Notes: generated by a model from the letters alone, not told the origin. 64,000 bases of DNA from Mobula hypostoma (GCF_963921235.1 NC_086097.1:157792001-157856000), one strand, 5' to 3'. Positions 49,420 to 62,524 are shown, counted from the stretch's first letter. Numbers and translations are program-made.

Positions 49420-49670
49420 AGCAATGTGGGTTCAATCCTGGTGTGGCTTGAGCATTTTGCACATTCTCCCTGTGAGTTATTAAGTTAATGATCTGGTGTA
49501 AATTGCCACCAGTTGTTCTGGTGAATCATAGATTCTGTGGTGTTGATGGAAACGCAAGGGAATAAAAGGGGTTTTACATCAGGTTGATGCAAATGGGTGT
49601 GTGACAGTCAGTGTCGAACAAGGAGACAAGGAAGTATCAGTTAGACAAGAGGACTGTTTCTGTGCTATAT
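49420..49670 (+). mobile_element. Degraded tRNA-derived SINE (HE1-like)
   Basis: B-box-like gggttcaatcc, ttgcacattctccctgtg core, CR1-like tail ggactgtttctgtgctat. Confidence 0.5.
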
Positions 49671-50469
49671 AAATTTTATGCCTCTAAGTGGCCTCAATTC
49701 ACAATTTTAAACAAAAAAAACTGCTATTGGAATTTAGCAGGTCAGGCAGCATCTGTGGAGGGAAATAGAATCTGGACAAACAGCCATGATCAAGAACATC
49801 AAGTGTCCATTTCCCTCCGCAGATGCTGCCTGATCTGGTAGATTCATCCTGTAGTTCACTTATAGGTCCAGGTTCCAACATTTGTAGTCTCTTGTGTCTC
49901 CTTGCAATGTTTTAAATCTTCATTTCATTTTTCTCATTTTAGCATTATATCTCAAAAGTTGTTACAGAACTGTGTCTGCTATGATTCAAGTCATGCATGG
50001 AACAGGAATTTGATTTTTTTTTGATGAGATTTTCTCTGCAAAGACAAACAGAAGGAGAACATGATTGTCTTGATCCCAAATTCCCATTAATAAATGTTAA
50101 TGATCCTGCCTGGCATTCTAAGTAGCGGCACTGATACAAACTAGAGAGTTATGCTGGGCCAAATTGAAGTCAATAAAAGAGACACAAATTTTTAACTTCA
50201 TTATGTCATTACTGACGACCTTGCAATCAACATCATAACAGAGGGCAAATTCTGTTTAATTTCACTCATCAAATAAGACTATAGTCAACCAATTAACATC
50301 AGTTTAACAGAACTAAATTGGAAATGTCTGTGGAGCTCACAGTAAAACCAAAGCAACTACACATCACTTGGAATAAAATATAATCACTTTCTTTAATAAT
50401 GTAAAGGAGAGCATAACTTAATGTGTGCTAAAAATGCAGCCTTCAGTCTTGAAGAGAAGCAGTTTGCCA

Positions 50470-52115
50470 AAGGTTCAAGTGTGTCAGGGAGCAAAAGTGA
50501 GTGCAATTGTTGTTACCAGGGAGAAGGTGTTTGGGAAGCTGAAAGGTCAGAAGGTAGTTAAATTTGCCTGGACCTGATAGGCTGCACCCCAGAGTTCTAA
50601 AAGAGGTAGCTGAACAGATTGTGGAGGCATCAGAAATGATCTTTCAAGATTATTTCATTCTAGGATAGTTCTAGGGGACTGGAAAATTGCAAGAGTCACT
50701 CCACTCTTCAAGAAGGGAGAGAAGTAGAAGAAAGGAAATTATAGGTCAGTTAGCCTGACCTCCATAGTTGGGAGATGTTGGAATCAATTATTAAGGATGT
50801 GATTTCAGGGTACGTGGAGGCACATGGTAAAATAGATCAAAGTCAGCATGGTTTCCTTATGGGAAAATTTGGTCTGACAAATCCATAAGAATTTTTTGAA
50901 CAAGTAACAAGCAGGATAGACAAAGGAAAATCAATCTATGTACTTAAATTTTCAGAAGGTCTTTGACAAGGTGCAGCACATAAGGCTGCTTAACAAGATA
51001 AGAGCCCATGGTATTACAGGAAAGATACAAGAATGGATAGCACATTGGCTGATAGGCAGGAGGCGAATACTGAGAATAAAGGGAGCCTTTTCTGATTGGC
51101 TGTTTGTGACTAGTGGTAATCCGCAGGGGTCAGTGTTGGGACCGCTTCTGTTTAAGTTGTATGTCAATGATTTAGATGATGGAATTGACAGCTTTATGGG
51201 CTAGTTTTCAGATGATACAAAATAGGTGGAAGCACAGGTAGTGTTGAGGAAGCAGGAAGGCTGAAGGAGGACTTTGACAGTTTAGGAGAATGGACGAAAT
51301 AGTGGTTAATTGAAGACAGTATCAGAAGTGAAAGGTCATGCACTTTTGTAGAAGGAATAAAAGCATACACCATTTTCTAAATGGGGATAAAATTAAAAAA
51401 TCCAGGGTGCAAAGGGACTTACAAGTCCTCATGCGGTCCTCAAGGTTAATTGCAGGTTGAGCCCGTGGTGAGGAAGGCAAATGCAATATTAGCATTCATT
51501 TTACAAGGACTAGAATATAAAAGCAAGGATGTACCGTGGATGCTTTATGAGGTACTGGTGAGGCCTCACTGGGAGTATTGTGAGCAGTTTTGGGCTCCAA
51601 TTTAAGAAAGGATGTGCTGGCATTGGGGAGACCTCAGAGGAGGTCCACGAGAATGATTCTGGGAGTGAAAGGCTTATTATATGAGGAGCGATTGATGGCT
51701 CTGGGCCTTTACTCTCTGGAATTTAGAAGTACGATTGGGATCTCATGGAAACCTACTGAATGTTGAAAGGTCTCAATCAGAGGATATGAGAAGATGTTTC
51801 CTATGGTGGTGAAGTCTAGGACCAGAGGCACAGCCTGCGAGTAGAGGGATGTTGGTCTAGAATGGAGATAAAGAGCAATTTCTTAAGCTAGAGGGTGGTG
51901 AATCTGTGGAACTTGTTAGCACAGGTGGCTACAGAGGCCATGCCATTGGGTGTATTTAAAGCAGAGGTTGATAGGTTCTTGATTGGTCAGGGTGTGAAAG
52001 GTTACAGGGAGAAGGCAGGAGAATGGGGTTGAGAGGGAAATGGATTAGCCGTGATGAAATGTCGGAGCAGACACAATGGCCAAATGGCCTAATTCTGCTC
52101 CTATGTCTTATAGTC
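50470..52115 (+). mobile_element. CR1 LINE RT and 3' UTR, degraded
   Basis: YLNFQKVFDKV, PQGSVLGPLLF, NDLDDG; collinear with 42300-43950. Confidence 0.9.
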
Positions 52116-52879
52116 TAAAATCTAACTTTCAGGGAAACACACTACAGTCAGCAGATACCAATCATGAAATAAAAAAAACAAAATTCCAAAAATAAATCTG
52201 ACTGGTCAGAAAACATCTGTCAGGTCAATTATTTTTCATCAGTTTAAACACTGACTGTTTCTTACTCATGCTGGCTGATTTGTAGCATTTCCAGCATTTT
52301 TTACTTTTAATTGAGAATTCAAGTGCTCACATAATTTGGTTTTCACATTAATCTTCATCTGAGTGGAAATATTGACATCCTACAAGAACAATCTGACTTC
52401 ATCAAATACACATCGGCCATGAGGCAAAGACCCGAAGAAGATCTATAATGAACAACTGTCGTGTTGCAGGTCATCTGTGATGGGAGACCTGGAACAATTA
52501 CGCTTTGAGCTCTGCCAATTATTTTCTCTCAAAGACACATTGTCTTCAAGAAAATGTAGCTTGCTGACTACTGCTTATCAGGAAGAGAAGAAAGCATAGC
52601 AGGCTGTGATTTTAAGTCACAAAGAAATGTCACACATTAGTGACACATAATATGATTTGCGTCATGGTCTTGTGTTTTTGTTTTAAGTGCTTTTTAAAAA
52701 ACATTGAAAAACAGCATGAACAAATTGTGCTGGTCAATAATGTATTTATTAGATTTCCTTCTGCCTATCAATAACATATTGACAAACATTCATCTGTGTT
52801 ATTGATCCTGTTGTCAGTAGATCCAAGGGTCTTTACTTTCATCTTGACACCTTAACTCAAACCTTCTCACTCTGCAAGA

Positions 52880-53170
52880 ATGGAAATCAAACAAAAAGTG
52901 CAAATGCTGGAAATTGGAAATAAAAAAATAAAGTACTGGAAATGCCCAGCAGGTGTGGTAGCATAAACACAAGAGGTACTGCAGATGCTGGAAATCAAGA
53001 GCAATATGCACAATGTGCTGAAGGAGCTCAGCAGGTCATGATGGAAATGAGCAGTTCATATTTCGAGTTTAGACCCTTCATGAGGACTGGGAGCATCTGT
53101 TGAAAGGACCTCAGTTAACTTCTCTTTCTCTAGATATTGCTTAACCTGCTGAGTGCCTTTAGCATTTTCT
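52880..53170. mobile_element. Cluster of Penelope-terminal repeat fragments
   Basis: ctgcagatgctggaaatc...gagctcagcaggtca...gacccttcatgaggactgg. Confidence 0.55.
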
Positions 53171-53175
53171 ATGTT

Positions 53176-53460
53176 GGTGCGTGGCCAAGTGGTTAAGGCA
53201 TTGGTCTAGTGATCTGAAGGTTGCTAGTTCAAGCCTCAGCTGAGGCAGCGTGTTGTGTCCTTGAGCAAGGCACTTAACCACACATTGCTCTGCAACGACA
53301 CCAGTGCCCTTTCCTTGGACAACATTGGTGGCATGGAGAGGGGAGGCATGCAGCATGGGCAACTACCGGTCTTCCATACAACCTTGCCCAGGCTTGTGCC
53401 CTGGAAAACTTCTAAAGCGCAAGTCCATATTCTCACGAGACGAACGGATGCCTAAAAAAA
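53176..53460 (+). mobile_element. tRNA-derived SINE with probable RTE-type tail
   Basis: A box tggccaagtgg (53182-53192), B box gttcaagcc (53227-53235), gtgtccttgagcaaggcacttaacc core, A-rich end. Confidence 0.8.
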
Positions 53461-55994
53461 TGTTTATAATATTTCAGAAAGGTTTGGGACAATTGGAAAA
53501 TTACTTTTAACTATTATATTACTACACTTACAAAAATGAACATGTCTAGAAATTGATAAGTACTTATAAAGACATAATAAGCAATCTGCTTATGAAGGCC
53601 CAAAGCTCCTCTTGTCCGAGAGCCCACTTCTGAGAGATTCAGTAATGTATAAAGTCGTACACTCAAGGCCATTCTTTCTTACAATCTACTATTGCAAAGA
53701 ATGCATTGGACAAAGGGTCATTCAGAGGTTAGAACTGTGCAAAAGTTGGGACTGGAGGTGGGGGGGATTTGAAGTGAATCAATGGCAGAGGGAACAGTGA
53801 TGGGAGAGGACAGGGCAAGTAAAATCAAATAAGCAGAATTGGAATTGGAAGGTGTGGCTAGCAGATAAAGGGTAAATTAGGTAATGGAAATATCCCTCTG
53901 GGGTTCTGGTCATCTTTGGTGTGAGTGCAAAATTGGGCCAAAATGTAGGCAGGTGATAAAGTAGGCAGCTGTTCAGTTGGTTGCATTGGCAAATCAGTGT
54001 GTGGAGAGTAAGTAGTGGCTAAGGTTCTTGTGCTTTTATCTGCTCAGGTGAAAAGCTGTGCTGTGAAATTCCACTTCTTCAATAGTAGCTTATGAACTTC
54101 ATGTGTAAATCATGTGCAATTGAAAATAACAAGTTATATCTAGCTGTCCATGGCACATCACTTGTCACCACTGCACATGTCTGGGATCCTCTGTGTTTGA
54201 GCATGCTTAATACAAATGGAGTCCAATTGAAAATCACACATCTTGCAGTTCACATTGCCCTCAATTTGAAATTATATTTGATTACTACTGTTGTATATTT
54301 GATATGTCAAAAATATTTGAGTACTCTTGTATAAATACTTTGATTAAGCATTCCTGTTTGTTTAAATAATTATGGTTTATATGTAAAAATAGGTTAGCTG
54401 CATATGTCATCATGCTACTATTTGATACATGTATGCCTCGCTTAAAGTAAACTCGAACTTGACCCATATTCCCGAACTCCTGTGTCTTTCTTTGAATTAC
54501 TTTAATGTTTTGAAGTTACAAAATATAACATTGATGATGAGGTATTTTCAAAATGAACCCAAAACAGCTACCAACATGTTAAAGCGGAGTGAAATTTTCG
54601 AACTAAATAAAACAGATTATCGCAGCCCAGCAGGTGGAGAGACAGTCTTCAGAAGAGAAGACACAATCAAGTTTTGTTTTTTCAAAAGCCAGGAAATGGA
54701 AGAATTCATAGGTTCATGAAGAGTGAGTACTGGGTGATAACAATCAATTTAAAAAAATCAGAAATGCCTGGCTACATCAGAAAGATTGAAGAATTGGATT
54801 ATACAACAGGTAATTGCCTCATGTATGCTGATCTTTTGAAACAGTATTTTGAAGCAAATGAAATAACCAATGAGAAAAAAGAGTCAATTTTTCTAAGTGC
54901 ATTAAGTTTAAAGGTATACAGTTTGCTTTGAAGTTTGACTGCTCCAACCAAACCTGCAGAAATTAGCTTTCCTGATATAATGCACGAACATTTCATACTA
55001 AAACCATTGTTAGTAGCAGAATGCTTTAGGTTTCATCAGCAGAATCAAAAAGAAGGCGAATTCATTTCAGTGTACTTGGCTGAATTGAAGAGATTGAGCA
55101 TTGTCAGTTTGATGATGGACGAAATGATACACTGAGAAATGATACACTGGAACCTTAAAAGAAAGCAATGAAAAAACAGTTCCTATCTGTAGTGCAGCTT
55201 ACATTCAAACAAACACTTGAAATTGCTGTTTCAATGGAAACCGCAAACAGAGATGTAATTCAGTCACAGTCAAGAATGAAAGAAAGTGTGAACAGAATTG
55301 CATCTTCTAAACAGAAGCTGGCCTGGCCGAAAAAATTGCGTTATCATTGTGGCAGGTGCTCACGTACATCAAAAAAAATGCAATTTAAAGACAAAGCTTG
55401 CAGAAAATGCAAAAAAGCATGTCTTAAACAAAGAGCATGTTGGGCAGACAAAAATAAATGGATTGCTCCGGAAAGAGAAAAAGCTAAAAAGTCAATTAGC
55501 AGTTTCGAAAAAAACACTAACCTGCATGCTATTGATGAAAAATCCGATAATGATGAGAGTGAACCAGGACTGGGTATCCTTGATATTTACAATTTGGAAA
55601 CTAACAGGAGACAAGCAATACAGCTTATGAAAGAAGTGAATGGCAAATTCATTAAAATGGATTTGGACACTGGTTTAGCTGTTTCTGTCATTCCAAAAAA
55701 TTGAGTTTGAGAGGCATTTCAAAGATACCAAACTGAAGCTTGCAGATATTCAACTAAGAACTTATAAAGAAGGAAAGATAACTCCTGTGGGAATGACATT
55801 TGTGACAGTGAAATACAACAATCAGCAAGCCACATTGACTTTGTAAGTGGTAAAAGCAGAAGGACCAGCATGGTGGGGGTGTGATTGGCTGAGACAACTA
55901 CAACTTGACTGGAAATCCATCCACCATTTGTATGCCACATCCCTTGCAATGAAACCAACTGAAAGTGAATTAAGAAAGGTACTGGATGATACCA

Positions 55995-56595
55995 CAACTA
56001 TCTCCGTGCCGAACACCATGAACTGTTGCCCAACAGAGGACAAGCAGGTGTTGGTGGTAACATCTGTGATCTGGTTGAAAAGCATATTTGACCAAGGATG
56101 GACCATGTTGCTCAGAGAAAGTGTGAAAATGACAAATGCAGTGGCCCAACTACAACAGTTTTCCTATGCAATGCATCTGAGAAAGCTTCTGATATGTTAA
56201 TCAGGCAGTGACTTGTGAAATAAGGCTTGGTTTTAGGCTGGAAGGGAATTCAAAGAGCTTCCAGGAAGTTGCAAACATTCGGCTTTTGTGAGTATAGAAA
56301 AAATAATCTGCTCTGCATGCATGAAGGATATTGCCTGAACTTCAAGTGGAGACAAAAAGCTGCTTGCAAAAGTAGATGCAAAGGTCAAAGCCCAGATGGA
56401 TGAATGGAAGGCCAAAAAGAAAGGAGTCAATGGAGATACAAAAACAGTGGATTCATCAGATGATGTTGTGGATGTGGAAACCAAGAGGAGAGATCAGATT
56501 GTAAAAGGAAAGATTAATAAGAGAATACTCCAGTGAACTGAACGGATCACTCAAAGATCAAGGCACACAAATTAGAGAAGAAAAGGGAAGGTGAA
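55995..56595 (+). pseudogene. RBM25: Processed RBM25 fragment (N-terminal linker, RRM and following helix) inside an LTR element
   Basis: Translation GPTTTVFLCNASEKASDMLIRQ*LVK*GLVLGWKGIQRASRKLQTFGFCEY...KLLAKVDAKVKAQMDEWKAKKK...ETKRRDQIVKG...REYSSELN matches the recalled RBM25 sequence GPTTTVFVGNISEKASDMLIRQLLAKCGLVLSWKRVQGASGKLQAFGFCEY...KLLVKVDAKTKAQLDEWKAKKK...ETKRRDQMIKG...REYSSELN. Confidence 0.93.
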
Positions 56596-56952
56596 GAAAG
56601 GCGTCCTCAGCTGTCAGAACCACTTCTCAGAGTCAACTCCTACAACCACCACAGAAAAGTCCCCAGAACCCGAGGTTGCTTTCACAGTCATAAATCTCAC
56701 CTGCCAAACAGAGTGATCCCTTGTCAAGCAAAACATTATCCCACTAGAGTAAGAAATCCTCCACAGTGATTAAATCTTTAAGTCTGAATGGAACAATTTA
56801 AAATTTACCATGCTGTAGATGTCTGTATATTGTAGTTGTAATATATAGTACACTGTGTATGTAGTAATGCAATTTATATTGAGTTGGAGTTCACAGCTAA
56901 GGAAGGAGGAGTGTTGTGTATTTGGTGGTTCAATAATATTTGAGTAATCTTG

Positions 56953-56972
56953 TATATATATATATATATATA
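56953..56972. repeat. (TA)n expansion inside the 3' LTR
   Basis: The 5' LTR has only tataaata at the equivalent site. Confidence 0.85.
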
Positions 56973-57649
56973 GTTTGATTACGTGTTCCTATGTTTAAAT
57001 AATTAATTATGGCTTATATGTAAAATATGTTAATTGTATACATCATCACGCTACCGCATGATACACGCACAGCTCACTTAAACTTAAACTAGACCTGTAT
57101 TCCCAAACTCCAGTGTCTTTCTTTGAATTACTTCAATATTTTGAAGTCACTAAACATAACAATTACTGACTGTGAATTGTCTAATACACAACGATGTGGT
57201 ACTATGTATTCCAGTTTCTGGATAAAAGCTACCCGTACATACACAATTTTTTTTTGGTTCCTCCAATTGAATTACTGAGATACAACATTCCAAGCTGTAA
57301 GGACCAAAAGGAGGGGCCAAAAAAAAAAACACTGAATCTATGCCGAAACAGAAAATCTACGATTTTTTTTTCTCTATTGAAATTCAGTGGCTTGATTTGA
57401 ACAACTGAATATACTCCATAAGTTAGAAAATCAAAAATCTTTAAGTTTCCAATATGGCTATACACCTAAAAAACTGGAGCTTTCATTTTAACTCACACAG
57501 TACCTATCCTCTTAGACATTAAATGGCATTGGGAAACTAAAAGGCATTATCTGATCTGAACCACAACATATTGGCTGATTCATATGTTCCTGTTCCACTG
57601 GACACTGGTCAGGTCTCAGATACTGAGTCTGCCTCTGTGTCTCAGAAGG

Positions 57650-59525
57650 GAAGGGGCGGGGAGAAGAAGAGGTATGCTGTGGTGATGGGGTATTCATTAG
57701 TTAGGGCAATGGACAGGAGGTTCTCCAGGCGAGAATGAGATTCCTGGATGTTATGTTGCCTCCTGTGTGCGAGGGTCCAGGATATCTCGGATTGAGTCCC
57801 CAGCATTCATAAACAGAAGGGTAAACAGCCAGAAGTTGTGGTCCATGTAGGCACCAAAGACATGGGTAGGCCTAGTGATGTTTCTGCATTGGGATGGGAG
57901 TTCAGGGAGTTAGGTGCTAATTTAAAGGACAGACACTCCAGGGTTGTGATCTCAGGATTGCTACCTGTGCTATGTGTATTGAGGCCAGAATTAGACAGAT
58001 TATACTATTTAATATATGGCTAAGGAGTTGGTGTTGAAGGGAGGGCACAGAAATTGGTGAGATCTCAGACAAAGTCAGGAATCAAAAGGTGTGACTAGCG
58101 TCCTGAGAGCATATATTTCAATGCAAGATGTGTCGCAGAAAGAGGGACAATAGTGCTGAAGATGAGGTAGCTGGTTTACAAACAGAGGCAATTTGTAGTG
58201 AGTATAGGCTGTTAATGGGACAAAATTGCAGAATGAGTTGCAATATAAAAATCAGAAAAAAAAAATCAAAAAGGGTGCACACAGGACTGAAGCCTGAATG
58301 TGTTATATTTGAATGTGCGCAGTATACAGAATAAGGTAGATGAACTTGCAGCACAGTTACAAATTGGCAGGTATGATGTTGTAGGCATCACTAGACCATT
58401 GCTGAAACATTATAGCTCGGAGCTTAATGTCCAAGGATACACACTTTATCAAAAAGACAGACAGGAAGGCAGAGGGACAGCGATGTTCTGTTGGTTAAAA
58501 GTGAAATTAAGTCATTAGAAAGAGGTGACATAGGCTCGGAAGGTGTTGAATCATTGTGGATAGAGCGAATGAACTGCAAAGGTAAAAAAAGAACCTGATA
58601 GGAGTTGTATACAGACCCCCACACAGTAGTAAGGATGTGGTCAACTAATCACAATGGGAGAAAGAAAATACATGCCAAAAGGGCAATATTACAATAGTCA
58701 TGGGGGATTTCAAAGTGCAGATTATGCAGGTAGATTGAGAAAATTGGGTTGGTGCTGTATTTTAGGAGAGGTTATTTCTAGAGTGCCTACGAGATGGCTT
58801 TTTAGGGCAGCTCATGGTTGAGGACACTAAGGGATCAGCTATTTGGGATTGGGTGCTGTGCAATGAATCAGAATTGATTAGAGAGCTTAAGGTAAAAGGA
58901 CCCTTAGGGGAAAATGATCATATGATTGAATTCACCCTGAAATTTGAGAAAGAATCTAGTCAAATGTATCAGTATTATAGAAGAGCAAAAGGAATTACAG
59001 AGGCATGAGAGAGGAGTTGGCCAGAATTGATTGGAAAAGAACACTGGCAGGGATAACAGCAGAGCAGCAATGGGTGGAATTTCTGGAAGCAATTCAGAAG
59101 CCACAGCATATATACATTGCAAAGAGGAAGAAGTATTCTAAAGAAAAGATGACAATGTGGCTAACAAGAAAAGTCAAAGCCAGTGGGAGGTCATATAATA
59201 GAGCAAAAACTAGTCAGACATGTCTAGTCAGATTGGGAAGCTTTTAAACACAAACAGAAAACAACAAAAGTCACTACGAAGGTCAAGATGGAATACAAAA
59301 TTAAGCTAACCAATAATATTAAAGAGAATACCAAAAGTTTCTTCAGATACGTAAAGTGCAAAACAGAGGCAAGCGTAGATGTCAGACCGCTGGAAAGCAA
59401 TGCTGGAGAGGTAGTAATGGGGGACAAGGAAATGGCAGACCAACTGAAAAAGTATTTTGCATCAGTCTTTACTGTGGAAGACACTGGCAGTATGTTGGAA
59501 GTTCCAGGTGTCAGGGGTCATGAAG
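57650..59525 (+). mobile_element. CR1 LINE upstream portion: ORF1 SGNH-esterase remnant, APE endonuclease and tether, degraded
   Basis: VVHVGTKDMGR, RVVISGLLP (ORF1 esterase); LYLNVRSIQNKVDEL, YDVVGIT, MGDF, PLGENDHMIEF (APE); YFASVFTVED. Confidence 0.88.
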
Positions 59526-59870
59526 TTCAGCTCTGCATCCTGTCAATGTCCTGTTGTAGTCTATGACAACTTTCTATACCATCTACAACTCCACACATCT
59601 TCATATAATTTGCAAATTTACCCATCTGAGCCACATCCAAAAATCATAAAGAGCACAGGTCTCAAAATACATCCCCCTTGAACTTCACTGATCAAAAGTA
59701 AGATAAATAAAATCCTTTTATTACTTTCAAAAACTACTAAACCATTCACATTGGCAGATAATCCATTTGCCGCATTGAGTGTACACTTTCTTTTGTCTAT
59801 AGGCACCCATTTCCTCTCATCTTTACATAATCCCAATATTCTAAAATCATTTCCAAAGCCTTTTCCCCCT
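59525..59870 (-). mobile_element. Inverted, highly degraded CR1 RT fragment
   Basis: ISEVQGGCILRPVLFMIF corresponds to SGVPQGSVLGPLLF. Confidence 0.5.
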
Positions 59871-60368
59871 CAAAACCTCTACAACCCTCTTTCTTCCTTG
59901 AATATGTAACTAATATTTTGACCAAGTTTTTGATCAGCGGATATTACCTCCGTATGTAGCTCAGGATTTGGTAATGACCTTACCTGTAAATATGAAGCTT
60001 GTTTGAAATATTTTACGACCTTAAAAGTCCTTTCATTAATGAAATTGTTGCTACCATTCAGATTAGAATTTAAATTTATCCAGAGTAAAATAAAGAAACA
60101 TTCATTTTGAAACTGGACAAACCAAGAGCTACCTGGTAACATTACAATACAAGATTTAAATGTGCATGAAAAATTTTGACATGTAAAACTACAAAACTGT
60201 TGTTTTATCAAAATTGGAGTATGAAACTAAAGTAAAAAATTTGCTCTCAGTGCTACTATCTTTGAAAGATTCTAAATAAAAGATTACTTACCCCAAGGCA
60301 ATTTTGACTTGGTTATTGAATTTTAGAATGCCTTATATATATGTATATATATACATAAAAAAATTAAA

Positions 60369-60380
60369 GTGTGTGTGTGT

Positions 60381-60410
<30 letters not shown>
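60369..60410. repeat. Compound (GT)7(AC)14 microsatellite forming a 28-bp palindrome
   Basis: Direct observation. Confidence 0.9.
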
Positions 60411-60415
<5 letters not shown>

Positions 60416-61633
60416 ATTTAATGCTAACTACATTGCATGGCAAATTACATTGAACTATTTTTGCAAAGAAATAGAAAAGAATCGCGATTCAAAGTTGGGG
60501 ACCCATTGCAAATAGTTGTAATGTCAGTTGACATCTTTAAGAAAGGAACAGAAATACTTCACTGACCTGAGTTGTGAGTGAGTGACAACTACACAAAAAA
60601 ATGCATTCTGACACAAATTATGATCTTGTATCCTCTTATTGGAAGGTCAGAAACAACTACTTAAACACACAATGTATATACATTTTCACCCTAAAATAAA
60701 TGGATTAACCATACATTATTACAATATTGTTTGTGGAACCTTGCATATAGATGTACCACAGCTATGTATATTACAAAGCAACTGACTTCAAAGATACAGT
60801 ACTCCATTGGCTACAAAGCTGTCCTAAGGTCAAGAAAGGTGCTTCCTAAATAGAAGTCTTTCTTTTCTTTCCATTTTTATTTCATGTGGAACAGAAACGG
60901 TTTAAATGGCATTGCATAATCCAGCTTGAAACCAGAGTGGAAAATTGAAAGTGACTTGGCAGTTGGACTGGTAATGGAAAATTTTAATCGCTCTTGAAGA
61001 ACTTGCTAGCTGAGTGATCACTGATACCTGATTAGTATAGAAACAGATTTGGTAGCAGCTAAGGGAACAGACAATTAATCTGAAGCTTCACAAGCAAAGT
61101 CACAGAGAAAATGGTGTAGAATATCAAATAGCCCAATATCCAAATATCCACTTCTTCATAGCACAGTTGACTAAATTTAAACTCAAAATGCACTCAGATA
61201 TCTCTTCTGTCTCCCTTACCATACATATCCTCTCATCCCACTACCAACCACTACCACACAGCAGCTTACTGTCATCAGGAGCAGTGCAGAATTCCTCTGA
61301 TAATTTCATATTTTGTTATTTGAAGACACTGATTTTAAATGGAATATGGTTCATTTTTAAAAGATGTCTTTAGTGTGCAAAATTGTATTTATCGCTTATT
61401 TTTAGTTACCCTACAGGGAAGATTGTTAGCCCTTTCAGAGGAAAAATTTAAAGGGGCCCCCAGGGGTGGATTTTACACACACAGAGTACGGCAGGTATAT
61501 AGAACAAATTGCTGGAGGAAGAAATAGAGGCAAGTAAAGATACCTTTAAAGGCATTTGAACAGGTTTATAATCAGGAAAGGTTTACAGGGAAATGAATCA
61601 AATGCGGGCAAATTGGACAGTTCTTAGCTGGCA

Positions 61634-61854
61634 ACACACATCAAAGTTGCTGGTGAACGCAGCAGGCCAGGCAGCATCTATAGGAGGAGGTGCAGTCAAC
61701 GTTTCAGCCCGAGACCCTTTGTCAGGACGAAGGGTCTCGGCCTGAAACGTCAACTGCACCTCTTCCTACAGATGCTGCCTGGCCTGCTGCGTTCACCAGC
61801 AACTTTGATGTGTGTTGCTTGAATTTCCAGCATCTGCAGAATTCCTGTTGTTTG
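61634..61854. mobile_element. Fold-back Penelope-terminal-repeat insertion with 15-bp TSD inside a CR1 tail
   Basis: Arms 61631-61723 and 61726-61818 with 2-nt loop; TSD agttcttagctggca at 61619-61633 and 61855-61869. Confidence 0.9.
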
Positions 61855-62524
61855 AGTTCTTAGCTGGCATGGGTGAGTTTAATCGAAGAACTTGTTTCCA
61901 TGCTGTACAATTCCACATACAATCAAAACAATCCCATTTCTGATGCCACTTGTACCAATGTGGAATTAGAGTTTGGGAAAGAGGGGGAGGTGCATTGAAG
62001 AGGAACAAAAGAATAGTTCTGTTGTGACAGTGTCTCTTCTATTGTCTATTAGGACACAGAGCAGGTAGGAGATAGCAAAGAAACCTAAATAAATTGCAGA
62101 TGTGCATCTGGTAAATGCAGGAGTCAGACACCATGTACTCTGATGTGAATGCTCCAATCCTTCACTAAAATAATCTTGGATTTAGATTTGATACCTCAAT
62201 GAAAATCAAAAACAAAAACAGATACAAGAAATCTATAATAATAATAATAAAAAAGAGAATACTGGAAATACTCAGCATGTGTGGAAAAAGTTAAATGTTT
62301 CAGACTGAAAATTTCTTCAGAACTCAGATGCAGTAGTGCATGTGCATTTAGCTTTGCTTATGAAATTTGGTTTCATTAAATTTGATAAGAGTTTAACTTC
62401 ATAAGCAAAATGAAAATTGAATATAAAACTCCATTCAGGAACAAATCCCTATCACAAAAATTGACCTAAAAGATTTTACAAGTGTGCATGTTTCCTTCAG
62501 TGTGTACATATGTAGATGTTAAAA

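Larger units (their letters stand above)
54289..57161 (+). mobile_element. Gypsy (Mag-like) LTR retrotransposon with captured host-gene fragment
   Basis: LTRs 54289-54530 and 56912-57161 (TGTTGT...ATAACA); TSD actac/attac; PBS-like ttgatgatgagg; PPT aaggaaggaggag (56899-56911); gag (LKQYFEANEI, AECFRFHQQNQKEGE); protease MDLDTGLAVSVI; integrase tail YPTRVRNPPQ. Confidence 0.92.

Noticed and set aside
53176..53250. tRNA gene
   Set aside because: A and B boxes present but no convincing acceptor stem; continues into a SINE body and tail
55995..56595. Functional RBM25 gene or exon
   Set aside because: In-frame stops and frameshifts, partial, intron-less, embedded in an LTR element
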